This document shows positions 55,895-64,000 of a DNA stretch of 64,000 nt, in pieces. Source of the DNA: Candidatus Undinarchaeota archaeon (GTDB lineage: Archaea; Undinarchaeota; Undinarchaeia; Undinarchaeales; UBA543). Within the stretch, counting starts at the first letter, position 1; the number at the start of each line of letters is the position of its first letter. The stretch covers positions 13,254-77,253 of the forward strand of contig CAZWSR010000001.1 in NCBI GenBank assembly GCA_964636545.1. The letters are read 5' to 3'. The position numbers and the translations under genes were made by a program. The notes below the pieces were generated by a model that ran no database searches, was not told the origin of the DNA, and saw only the letters and a list, made by a program, of their open reading frames with translations.

Positions 55895-56569
55895 ATGACA
55901 AAGAAACTAACAGAAGCAAGTATTAAAAAAGAGCAGATGAAAAACATTCGCTCTTGGCTAAAAGAAGCAGAAGACGTAGTTCTAATTAAGAAAAAACTGC
56001 TGGAAGGAGAAATGGAAGAGCTTGGTGAAGATGTCAAGAATCCTAAAGATGAGCTTGCCCAGCTAATGAAACTTGTCAAGGAAGCTGAAGAAAAAGGACT
56101 GGGGGAAATCGGAAAATTACTACTTGCAGTTGAAGTTGATACAAGATTATTGAAAGAATCAGTTGACAAAGAAATTACGCTTATTGAAGAGCTTACAAAA
56201 GATGCAAAAGGCACTGATGAGCGTGAAATATTAAATGAAATACGAGAGGAATTAGAGCTTGCACAGCATATTCAACATCAAATAAATGTACTAACTGACT
56301 TAAGAAAACTGTCCTCAGATGTGATAAAAGAAATTAAGAAAACCGATGACAAGGACTGGGTTGACAAAGCATGTATGAACCTTACAAATCTTGATAGTAT
56401 TGCAGCTTTCATAGTAAATTTGATAGATGAGCGTGAATTAAGCAAGCTACAGCTTGTGTACAATATTTTACAAGAAATAGAACGGCCAGAATTGCAAGAA
56501 AAACTAGTTGAAATTCGAGCACAATTTGAGAATATTAGTCAGGAAGCAGCTAAGCAATTTGCAATTTAA
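55895..56569 (+). CDS. coiled-coil hypothetical protein
   Basis: 224 aa, E/K-rich with a heptad pattern. 13 bp downstream of the preceding gene. Confidence 0.35.
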   Translation: MTKKLTEASIKKEQMKNIRSWLKEAEDVVLIKKKLLEGEMEELGEDVKNPKDELAQLMKLVKEAEEKGLGEIGKLLLAVEVDTRLLKESVDKEITLIEELTKDAKGTDEREILNEIREELELAQHIQHQINVLTDLRKLSSDVIKEIKKTDDKDWVDKACMNLTNLDSIAAFIVNLIDERELSKLQLVYNILQEIERPELQEKLVEIRAQFENISQEAAKQFAI

Positions 56570-56584
56570 GACCCAGCCCAAAAG

Positions 56585-56594
56585 CATATATAAC
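56585..56594 (+). promoter_or_regulatory. TATA box (CATATATAAC) upstream of the rps13-rps4-rps11-rpoD operon
   Basis: About 40 bp upstream of the first start codon. Confidence 0.4.
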
Positions 56595-56631
56595 GGTTAA
56601 TCACTCTTAAATCCACTCATTTCCAATATTT

Positions 56632-57105
56632 ATGGAGAGAATTATGGCAGAAGATACGCAAACACTAGTTAGATTGATGAGACGTGACCTTCCAGGAAAG
56701 GTTCCTGTAGAAGATGCACTGCGAAGTTTACGTGGAGTAAGCTTCATTACAGCACGTGCAATAAGGAAAAAATCAGGTTTTGATAACAAAATACTCATGG
56801 GAGACCTAACAGATGCTGAGCTTAAAACACTAGAAACCATGCTTGAATCACCTCATACTTTTGATTTTCCAAAATGGATGCTTAACCGAAGAAAAGATCC
56901 AGAAACAGGAATGGATACACATCTTATTGAAACAAATCTAATGCTTGCAGACCGTGAAGACAGCACAAAAATGAAGAAAATGAGGTCATACCGCGGTGTA
57001 AGGCACATGTTCAAATTAGCAGTTCGCGGACAGAGAACACGAAGCACAGGAAGAAAGAACAAAACAATTGGAGTTCAGAAAAAGAAGTCCACGGGCGGTA
57101 AGTAA
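56632..57105 (+). CDS. rps13: 30S ribosomal protein S13 (uS13)
   Basis: uS13 blocks (GVSFITARAI, RGVRHMFKLAVRGQRTRSTGR). The start could be 56644. Confidence 0.9.
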   Translation: MERIMAEDTQTLVRLMRRDLPGKVPVEDALRSLRGVSFITARAIRKKSGFDNKILMGDLTDAELKTLETMLESPHTFDFPKWMLNRRKDPETGMDTHLIETNLMLADREDSTKMKKMRSYRGVRHMFKLAVRGQRTRSTGRKNKTIGVQKKKSTGGK

Positions 57106-57107
57106 AG

Positions 57108-57767
57108 ATGGGCGATCCAAGAAAAACACGAAAACAGTACACAACCCCAGCACACATGTGGCAGGGAACAAGGATCGAAGATGAATACAAGCTAAAAAAA
57201 GAATACGGCTTGAAAAATAATACTGAAATTTGGCGCGCAAATACTGTTGTAAGTAATGCACGACAGCAAGCAAGAAACCTTATTGGGAAAAAAGATGAGC
57301 GCGGTGAAGCTCAGAAAAAACTTCTTCTCGGACGATTAACAAGACTTGGAATAATTTCAAAAGAGTCAAGTGTTGCAGATATTCTTGCAATAACTGTTCA
57401 AGATGTTCTTAACAGAAGACTGCAAACACTTTTGAAAGAAAAAGGAATTGCAAAAAGCACAAAAGAAGCAAGACAAATGATAATTCACGGACAAGTTAAG
57501 TTCCAGGGACGAAAACACACAGCACCAAGCACAATAGTTCCTGTTGAAAAAGAAAGCACAATCGCATACACTGGCGCTTCAAGAACAATAAGACCTCCAA
57601 AAAAGAAAGAGGAAGCAGCATCTCCAAGTATTGAAGCTGACGCTACAGAATCGGCTGATAAGGCAGAGGGTAGTGGGCAGAAGGCAGTAGGTGAAAAGAA
57701 AGAAGAAACTGAGTCCCCAAGTCCCAAAGTCCCTGAGTCCCCTAAAAAAGAAGGTGATGCACAATGA
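57108..57767 (+). CDS. rps4: 30S ribosomal protein S4 (uS4) with repeat-containing C-terminal extension
   Basis: uS4 S4-domain core. About 60-aa acidic extension whose DNA (57668-57692) carries the dispersed GGCAGTAGGTG repeat. Confidence 0.9.
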   Translation: MGDPRKTRKQYTTPAHMWQGTRIEDEYKLKKEYGLKNNTEIWRANTVVSNARQQARNLIGKKDERGEAQKKLLLGRLTRLGIISKESSVADILAITVQDVLNRRLQTLLKEKGIAKSTKEARQMIIHGQVKFQGRKHTAPSTIVPVEKESTIAYTGASRTIRPPKKKEEAASPSIEADATESADKAEGSGQKAVGEKKEETESPSPKVPESPKKEGDAQ

Positions 57768-58159
57768 GTAAAAACATAATCAAACGTGCAGTTGTTCATA
57801 TTTTTTCCTCATTCAATAATACAATAATCAATGCCACAGATATTACAGGAGCAGAGACAATAGCGTGCTCATCTGGAGGTATGGTTGTAAGGAGCGGAAG
57901 GGAAAAGCCAGGACCGTTTGCAGCAATGACTCAAGTCAGAAAAATCGCTGATGATCTGAAAGGAAAAAACATTTTTGATGTTGATGTTCAGGTCAAAGCA
58001 CCAGGCGGAAACCGAGCAAGATCCCCAGGACCAGGAGCACAAGCAGCAATTCGAGCTTTAACACGATCAGGAATTCGTGTTGGCAAAATCAAAGATGTGA
58101 CTCCAGTAGCTCACGGAACCATGCGAAAGAAGGGCGGCAGAAGAGGAAGGAGAGTATAA
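57764..58159 (+). CDS. rps11: 30S ribosomal protein S11 (uS11)
   Basis: uS11 core ([12 protein letters not shown]...[11 protein letters not shown]). ATGA overlap with rps4. Confidence 0.9.
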   Translation: MSKNIIKRAVVHIFSSFNNTIINATDITGAETIACSSGGMVVRSGREKPGPFAAMTQVRKIADDLKGKNIFDVDVQVKAPGGNRARSPGPGAQAAIRALTRSGIRVGKIKDVTPVAHGTMRKKGGRRGRRV

Positions 58160-58767
58160 TGAAGATTTCCGAAACAAAAAAAGAAGGAAAAACACTAAGC
58201 TTTGTTCTTGAAGATGCTACACCCTCGTTCGCAAATGCGCTACGAAGGATAATGATGTCTGAAGTCCCAGTTCTTGCAATTGACGACGTTACAATTTTTC
58301 AGAACGAGTCACCATTGTATGATGAAGTTGTTGCACACAGAATAGGACTACTTCCAATTAAGACAGATTTGAAAACATTCAAACTACCTAGCGAGTGTAC
58401 TTGTAAGGGAAAAGGATGTCCAAAATGTCAAGTTTCATTCACATTAGTCAAAAAAGGCCCATGCACTGTTTATTCTGGTGATTTGAAGCCAAGTGACCCA
58501 AAAACAGTTGTTGCTGATGACAAAGTTCCAATAACAAAATTAATAGAGGGTAAAAAAATCAAGATTGAAGCAATTGCAATGCTTGGACAAGGCAAAGAAC
58601 ATGCAAAATGGCAGCCAGCAGTTGTAAGCTATGGTTATGATAAGGGAACTGACAAGTACAGGTTTATGGTTGAAACTCACGGCGGACTAGATGCAGACAA
58701 GATTGTTGTTGAAGCAGCTAAAATTTTGGGTGAGAAAGCAAAAGAATTTGGGAAGTTGGTTAAATAA
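58159..58767 (+). CDS. rpoD: DNA-directed RNA polymerase subunit D (Rpo3), short form
   Basis: RpoD/Rpb3 dimerisation blocks (ANALRRIMMSEVP, HRIGLLPI). No Fe-S domain. Follows rps11 as in archaeal operons. Confidence 0.85.
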   Translation: MKISETKKEGKTLSFVLEDATPSFANALRRIMMSEVPVLAIDDVTIFQNESPLYDEVVAHRIGLLPIKTDLKTFKLPSECTCKGKGCPKCQVSFTLVKKGPCTVYSGDLKPSDPKTVVADDKVPITKLIEGKKIKIEAIAMLGQGKEHAKWQPAVVSYGYDKGTDKYRFMVETHGGLDADKIVVEAAKILGEKAKEFGKLVK

Positions 58768-59112
58768 TCACACTTTTAAATTTTCCAATTCACCTGCAAT
58801 ATTTTCAACCTCATTATGATGTAGAGACCAAACTTTTGAAACTTTCACTTTAACAATCTCAACTTCTTCGTGAACTTTTTCTTCAACATGCTCAATTATT
58901 TCAGGAACTGCATCAATTCTTTTAACTGTTTCAGTTACAAATGTGTCAACTGGCGCTGGTGAAACAAGTGCAAGAACAAATGGTTTTACTAGAATAAAAG
59001 CGACAATAGCGATAAGTAGCATGGCAATAGTCACATTAAAAACAAATGCGTTTAATAGCAAAGCTACAATGCCAAAGAATATGAAAATGCTACCTTTTCC
59101 CCCACTTCTCAT
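58768..59112 (-). CDS. small membrane protein
   Basis: 114 aa with two N-terminal TM helices. Confidence 0.3.
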   Translation of the reverse strand: MRSGGKGSIFIFFGIVALLLNAFVFNVTIAMLLIAIVAFILVKPFVLALVSPAPVDTFVTETVKRIDAVPEIIEHVEEKVHEEVEIVKVKVSKVWSLHHNEVENIAGELENLKV

Positions 59113-59157
59113 TGGAAATCACTAAAAGGTAGAGGACTCTGATGTTTTTATAATTTG

Positions 59158-59430
59158 TTATGGCACAAACATCCCTACAACAACTGAAATAATCAATCCA
59201 GCAAACAGCACAATGGCAAAATTTGGATAAATATAATGAATAAGTACAACAGCCCCGGCTCCAGTAATTCCCATTGGGTTAATGAAATTAAAACATCCCT
59301 TTATTGCTCTGTAAACAAAAGTAACACCAATTCCGCTAATAACAAAAACTGCCCAAATAGGAAGCGGAGTAAGGTAAAGCAAAACAGTTGCTAAAAAAAC
59401 TGAGATAGTTGCTGCTTTTGAAATTGCCAT
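59158..59430 (-). CDS. small polytopic membrane protein
   Basis: 90 aa, three hydrophobic helices, directly downstream of the G1PDH gene. Confidence 0.3.
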   Translation of the reverse strand: MAISKAATISVFLATVLLYLTPLPIWAVFVISGIGVTFVYRAIKGCFNFINPMGITGAGAVVLIHYIYPNFAIVLFAGLIISVVVGMFVP

Positions 59431-60470
59431 TAGATTACTCCAGTGTCTTGTGCAACTTGCTGTGCTTTTTCTTCAGAAATTCCTGAGCCAAGTATTGTGT
59501 ATCTGTCTCGAATCTCATGCGCTGTTGAAAGTGCTTTAACAATAATTTCAGGAGCAATCCCAAGCTCTTTTGCAGTTGTTGGTGTGCCAATCTTTTTCAA
59601 AACATCTCGGAATTTTTCCCAATCTAGTCCCTGAAGATGTGCAGTTAAGATTGAACCAACTCCGCATTGTTCACCATGCATTGCTGGTTTTGGTGCAAGT
59701 TTGTCAAGAGTGTGAGAGAATAAGTGCTCAGCACCGGAGCAAGGCCTGCTACTGCCTGCAATACACATTGCACTCCCTGCACTGATAAGTGCGTGAACAA
59801 CAAGTCGTAGCCCTTCAATATCTCGTTTTGCAATTAAATCAGCATTGTCAAGAATAACTTCAGCACCCATTAATGAAAGTGCAGATGAGTATTTGTCAAA
59901 GGATTCTCCTTTTTCCTTGTGTGCAAGTTTCCAATCCTCAACAGCAGTGAAATTTGAAACAATATCTCCGCAACCACTTGGTAAAAATCGTGGTGGAGCA
60001 GATGCAATTACACTAAGATCAGCAATTATTGCAACTGGAGCGCGGGCTGGGAATGATTTTGAACCATCTTCAGTTTTAATTGAAGCTACTGGAGAATTCA
60101 AACCATCATGAGACGGTGCAGTTGGAACTGAAATAAATGGCACTTGCTCATTAAATGAACTAAGCTTTGCAACATCAATACAAGTTCCTCCACCAACGCC
60201 AAGTACAATTGATGCTTTTTCTTGTTTTATTCGCTCCTGTGCTTCCTGAATTGATTCAGGAGTTGCTTTAAGTGTGAAATAAGTTGAAACTGAGAAGCCA
60301 CTATCTTCGAGATTTTTTAAAATATTATTTCCAACAACATCCATCAAACCTTCATTACTTACAATCAATGCATTTTTTTCTTTAGCAAACTCGCTAGCAA
60401 CCTCTCCTGTTTGAGATATTCCCCCTTCACTTAGGAGAATTTTTCTTGGAAACTCGATTTGGTTTACCAT
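59430..60470 (-). CDS. egsA: glycerol-1-phosphate dehydrogenase [NAD(P)+]
   Basis: Dehydroquinate-synthase-like fold blocks GVGGGTCIDVAK and PTAPSHDG. Confidence 0.85.
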   Translation of the reverse strand: MVNQIEFPRKILLSEGGISQTGEVASEFAKEKNALIVSNEGLMDVVGNNILKNLEDSGFSVSTYFTLKATPESIQEAQERIKQEKASIVLGVGGGTCIDVAKLSSFNEQVPFISVPTAPSHDGLNSPVASIKTEDGSKSFPARAPVAIIADLSVIASAPPRFLPSGCGDIVSNFTAVEDWKLAHKEKGESFDKYSSALSLMGAEVILDNADLIAKRDIEGLRLVVHALISAGSAMCIAGSSRPCSGAEHLFSHTLDKLAPKPAMHGEQCGVGSILTAHLQGLDWEKFRDVLKKIGTPTTAKELGIAPEIIVKALSTAHEIRDRYTILGSGISEEKAQQVAQDTGVI

Positions 60471-61222
60471 GGTATTTTTACACTTGATTTCCGGAATAAG
60501 TTGAATATAACTCTTGCGAAAAGGAAATCAGCAGCAACTATTACAATTAAATAAGCAATGGGTAGGAGCCCAGCAAGATAAGGTAATGGACTTGATAACA
60601 TGAAAAGAACTAAGAAAGATACAATTATCATTTTTGATTTTCGGATTCCTCTGTTTATTGGTAAGGTTTTTGCACCACCAGCGCGGTCACCGCGAATATC
60701 GCCAAGGTCTTTGAGAACTTCGCGAGCAGATGCAACAAAAAATACCAAAACTGCTAGCATTATTCCAGTAATTAAAGAACCATTAAGCACAGCTCCAAAA
60801 ATAAACACAGATCCGACCATTCCCCCAACAATAATGTTCCCTAGAAATCCGCTTCTCTTGAAAAGACCAGCGTAAATGAGGAGAAGAAACGTGTTGATAA
60901 ACGCTATCAAAATACACAATGGAGTTAAGGAAAGTGATGCCATAATTCCAATAAAAAATAATACAGTTGCAAAGATTTTCGCACCCTTGAGAGAAACTCG
61001 ACCTGACGGAATTGGCCTATCTGGCCTATTTACTTTGTCAATTTTCAAGTCATAATAATCATTAATGACGTTTCCAGCAGATGTTAGAAAAGCAATTGTC
61101 ATAACTGCTGGGAGCAAGAGCATTTGGTCAGCACCGGTTAGAAAAACAGCAGAAACAATTCCGATTATGCCTGCTAAAACTGCTTTCGGCCTTGTCATTT
61201 CAAAAAGTGGTTTCAAACCCAT
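60464..61222 (-). CDS. UbiA-family prenyltransferase, (S)-2,3-di-O-geranylgeranylglyceryl phosphate synthase-like
   Basis: NDYYDLKIDKVNRPDRPIPSG first Asp-rich motif, polytopic membrane. Sits between G1PDH and IDI. Confidence 0.75.
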   Translation of the reverse strand: MGLKPLFEMTRPKAVLAGIIGIVSAVFLTGADQMLLLPAVMTIAFLTSAGNVINDYYDLKIDKVNRPDRPIPSGRVSLKGAKIFATVLFFIGIMASLSLTPLCILIAFINTFLLLIYAGLFKRSGFLGNIIVGGMVGSVFIFGAVLNGSLITGIMLAVLVFFVASAREVLKDLGDIRGDRAGGAKTLPINRGIRKSKMIIVSFLVLFMLSSPLPYLAGLLPIAYLIVIVAADFLFARVIFNLFRKSSVKIPW

Positions 61223-62181
61223 TTAGATAATTCTCCAGTGATTTTTGGTTTTGACTGCTTTATATCAATTTGTTTTAGTTCACTTATGAATCTTTCAAGA
61301 ACAGTAAGGACAGCTTCAGAGCTTTCTTGAGCTGGTTTCAGAAGCGGTAATGCAATTCCAGCAGTGTCAGCACCAAGTGCAATTGCTTTTGCAATATCTT
61401 CACCAGAACGAATTCCGCCAGTTGCAATTAATGGAAGTGTTTGGAATACTTTTCTAACTTGCAAAATGCTTGCAGCAGTTGGTATTCCAGAATCAGCACC
61501 ATCGGTATTTTCTCCTGATCGCTCAAGTTCAACACAAGCAAAAGAAGTTCCGCCAGCACCGCCAATATCAATTCCAGCGATCCCAGAGTCCTTCAAACTG
61601 TTTGCTGTTTGTTCTGAAATACCCATTCCAGTTTCTTTTACAATTACAGGAATTTTCAATGAACTGCAAAGTTGCTTAAGTTGTTCAGAATAATTTTTCC
61701 AAGTGCCTTCTGGCTGAAGTTTTTCCTGAATTTCATTTAAGTGAACTGCAAGCACGTCAGAACCAATAGCAAGAGCAGAGTTTTCAATTTGCTCAATTGA
61801 ATATTCAGATAATTGAGAAGCACCAATATTTCCAAAAAGAAGAATGTTTGGAGCAACATCGCGAACTTCGTAAGTATTTTGTAATTCAGGATTTTCTAGC
61901 ATTGCTCTTTGAGAGCCAACACCAAACCCAAGTCCAAGCTGTTCTGCAGCTTTTGCCAGATTTTTATTAATTTGCTCAGCTTCTGCAACGCCACCAGTCA
62001 TTCCAGCAATAATTATTGGATAATTTAGTTTTTTTCCAAAAAGCTCAATTGAATAATCAACATTAGAAGCATTTCCTTTTTCAAGCTCAACACACTCTAG
62101 CAAAGTTGATTTTTTTGACTCAATTGACTTTTCAGTGCAAATACGGATGTGATCAGATTTTCTGGTTTGAGTTGAATTCAT
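61213..62181 (-). CDS. fni: isopentenyl-diphosphate delta-isomerase type 2 (FMN-dependent)
   Basis: TIM-barrel IDI-2 blocks (IAGMTGG, GIDIGGAGGTSF, ATGGIRSG). Confidence 0.85.
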   Translation of the reverse strand: MNSTQTRKSDHIRICTEKSIESKKSTLLECVELEKGNASNVDYSIELFGKKLNYPIIIAGMTGGVAEAEQINKNLAKAAEQLGLGFGVGSQRAMLENPELQNTYEVRDVAPNILLFGNIGASQLSEYSIEQIENSALAIGSDVLAVHLNEIQEKLQPEGTWKNYSEQLKQLCSSLKIPVIVKETGMGISEQTANSLKDSGIAGIDIGGAGGTSFACVELERSGENTDGADSGIPTAASILQVRKVFQTLPLIATGGIRSGEDIAKAIALGADTAGIALPLLKPAQESSEAVLTVLERFISELKQIDIKQSKPKITGELSKWV

Positions 62182-62930
62182 TTTATCACAGTTCCTACAA
62201 TTTCACCATCAATTGCTCTCTGGAGAAGGGTTGGTGTTTTCAAGTTAATTATTTGAGTTTCAATTCCAGTTGCCATTAATTCCTCAACTTTATGCCGCAT
62301 CCCACCAGTTACATCAATGGTTTCTGTTTCTTCAACATTTTCAAGAATTTTATCAAGATTTTTTTCAGTAACTTCAGGAATTACATTGTTTTTCTTGTCA
62401 AGAACTCCATCAACATTAGTTCCAATAATTATTCTACTTGGTTTTAGTTTTTCAGCAAGGAATTTGAAAAGCATTTCAGTGGATGCAATTGAGCACCCTA
62501 TTTTTGAATCAAGACAAACATCACCAGGGAGAACTGGAACTTCACCGAGTGAGAGATATCTTTCAATTGGACTTGTGAAAATTTCATTAACTTTCCCATT
62601 TTTCATTAAAGTACAAGCAAAACTTGGAACATAGACAGCAGGCATGCCTGCGGTTTTCAATGCATTTAGAACAAGACTGCCAAGTTTCATTACATTTTCG
62701 CGAGTTTTGTTAAATCCATTAGTTCCCTGAGTAATCATTCCTTCTTGAACATTGTATTTTTCAGCAACAGGATGCGCAAAAGAGCCGCCACCGTGGCCAA
62801 TAAGAAGTTTATGTTCGCATTCACTTAGTTCATTAGCTGCTTGCTCAAGAATAATTGGATTAAGAGTGTTCTCTCTAGTTTTTTCAGTAATTGCCGAGCC
62901 CCCGAGCTTAACGAATATTAGTTCTGCCAT
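62178..62930 (-). CDS. ipk: isopentenyl phosphate kinase
   Basis: Amino-acid-kinase fold VKLGGSAIT and HGGGSF. Position in the mevalonate cluster. Confidence 0.8.
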   Translation of the reverse strand: MAELIFVKLGGSAITEKTRENTLNPIILEQAANELSECEHKLLIGHGGGSFAHPVAEKYNVQEGMITQGTNGFNKTRENVMKLGSLVLNALKTAGMPAVYVPSFACTLMKNGKVNEIFTSPIERYLSLGEVPVLPGDVCLDSKIGCSIASTEMLFKFLAEKLKPSRIIIGTNVDGVLDKKNNVIPEVTEKNLDKILENVEETETIDVTGGMRHKVEELMATGIETQIINLKTPTLLQRAIDGEIVGTVIK

Positions 62931-62970
62931 CCCACAAAAATATTAGAAGAGTTGCTATTTAAAGATTAAG

Positions 62971-63897
62971 TTACTCCTCTATCCTAACACCGTGCTCATT
63001 AGTTACTGTTGCAAATGTTTTTGCACCACTTTGTCCAAGAGCTGCAGCCAGTTCTTCAGCATCATGAGCCAAAGCAATTATTGAACCGCCGCCGCCGAAA
63101 CCAGTTAGTTTCGCACCTGTAGAACCGCCATCTTTAGCCCGTTTTACAAGATTCTCAAGTTCTGGAGAACTAACACCTAAATTTTTCAAAAACTCGTGGT
63201 TTTTGTACATTAGATTTCCAGTAACAGAGTATTGATTATGAAGAAGTGCGTCTTTTGCTTGTTTGACAAGACCACCAATTGAAAACAAAGTACACCCCAT
63301 TCTAGGATCTTCAATATAGTGCTTGACTTTTGAAATCATGGATTCTGGATTGCTTGCAAGACCAGTGTTTGCAACAGCTAAATTAAGTGGATTGGTTTTT
63401 AGTGATTCAACTTTTCCTCTGTGGAAAGAAATGGTTCCGCCAACAGTTGTTATTGCTGTTTCAACACCAGTTGGATTAGTGTGAATGGTTTTTTCAGCTT
63501 CATAAGCGATTTCCGCAACCTGCATTAAATCAAGTTCGCCCTTAAACATTTGCATAACTGCAGCTGCTGTTGCTGTAACAATTGCTGCAGAAGCACCTAA
63601 TCCAGCGCTTTGAGGAATTTCAGAATTAATTTCAATGCCAAGTCCTTGTCCTTTGTGACTGCATTTTGCAAGTGCGAGCCGAGCTGCTTGTGTTATTGGC
63701 TCGTGTGGCTTCTCTTTATTAGAAAGTTCGATTTCAGTAGGCAAATTCTTTGACTGCACTACTATTTTTGGTTCATCCAATTCGCAAACAGTAACCTTGG
63801 CTCGCTTGTCAATAGCAGTTGCGATACCCATCTCACCGTAGACCATGGCGTGCTCACCAAAAAGTATAACTTTACCTGGGGCTGAAGCTGTAATCAT
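62971..63897 (-). CDS. mvk: mevalonate kinase
   Basis: GHMP kinase motif PQSAGLGASAAIVTA and N-terminal APGKVILFGEH. Confidence 0.85.
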   Translation of the reverse strand: MITASAPGKVILFGEHAMVYGEMGIATAIDKRAKVTVCELDEPKIVVQSKNLPTEIELSNKEKPHEPITQAARLALAKCSHKGQGLGIEINSEIPQSAGLGASAAIVTATAAAVMQMFKGELDLMQVAEIAYEAEKTIHTNPTGVETAITTVGGTISFHRGKVESLKTNPLNLAVANTGLASNPESMISKVKHYIEDPRMGCTLFSIGGLVKQAKDALLHNQYSVTGNLMYKNHEFLKNLGVSSPELENLVKRAKDGGSTGAKLTGFGGGGSIIALAHDAEELAAALGQSGAKTFATVTNEHGVRIEE

Positions 63898-64000
63898 TGC
63901 AAATCACTCAATTAACTTTTTGTTCTTAGAAGTTGTATTAAAAGTTTGTTATTTTATCTCAGTATAGAAAATTCTAGTTGCACCTGCATCAACTAGTGCC

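Noticed and set aside
1-64000. Search for integrase, transposase, IS elements or a prophage.
   Set aside because: No ORF shows tyrosine or serine recombinase, DDE transposase or phage structural motifs. The only mobile-like signals are the short dispersed repeats and the partial tRNA duplicate.

Overview
The window is AT-rich (about 35-40% GC) and compact, from an archaeon, most plausibly a DPANN-type lineage. Archaeal identity rests on a thermosome, RFC small and large subunits, TFB next to Gar1, RpoN/RpoD, ribosomal proteins L18e/L13/S9/S13/S4/S11, Trm1, and an ether-lipid/mevalonate gene block (mvk-ipk-idi2-DGGGPS-G1PDH, plus a geranylgeranyl reductase and UppS elsewhere). An adenine/methionine salvage trio (ahcY-apt-mtnP) lies at the 5' end.

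The main accessory block is a 9-kb Tad/type-IV-pilus-like locus (15571-24493, minus strand) with a FlaI/TadA-type ATPase, separate TadB-like and TadC-like membrane genes and at least seven pilin-like genes. It is followed by an 858-aa AT-rich HD-domain protein with a coiled-coil tail.

Other notable content:
- Several cell-surface proteins: a beta-helix protein, a tandem Cys-pair-domain protein, and a thioredoxin-DsbD fusion.
- A bacterial-type Obg GTPase.
- An NT5C3-like 5'-nucleotidase interrupted by one in-frame TAG.
- A Leu/Ser-architecture tRNA carrying a GAA anticodon, next to a partial tRNA duplicate.
- A tRNA-Leu(GAG) followed by a structured tRNA-like element.
- Four families of short dispersed repeats that form intergenic hairpins and also spill into coding termini: a GC-rich 19-mer palindromic repeat, hexamer GGARTTT tandems, GRCTGAK heptamer tandems, and a GC-rich GTGTATCCGGGGC element.

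No CRISPR array, integrase or transposase was recognised. All assignments are from reading motifs in the supplied translations and sequence; no searches were run.
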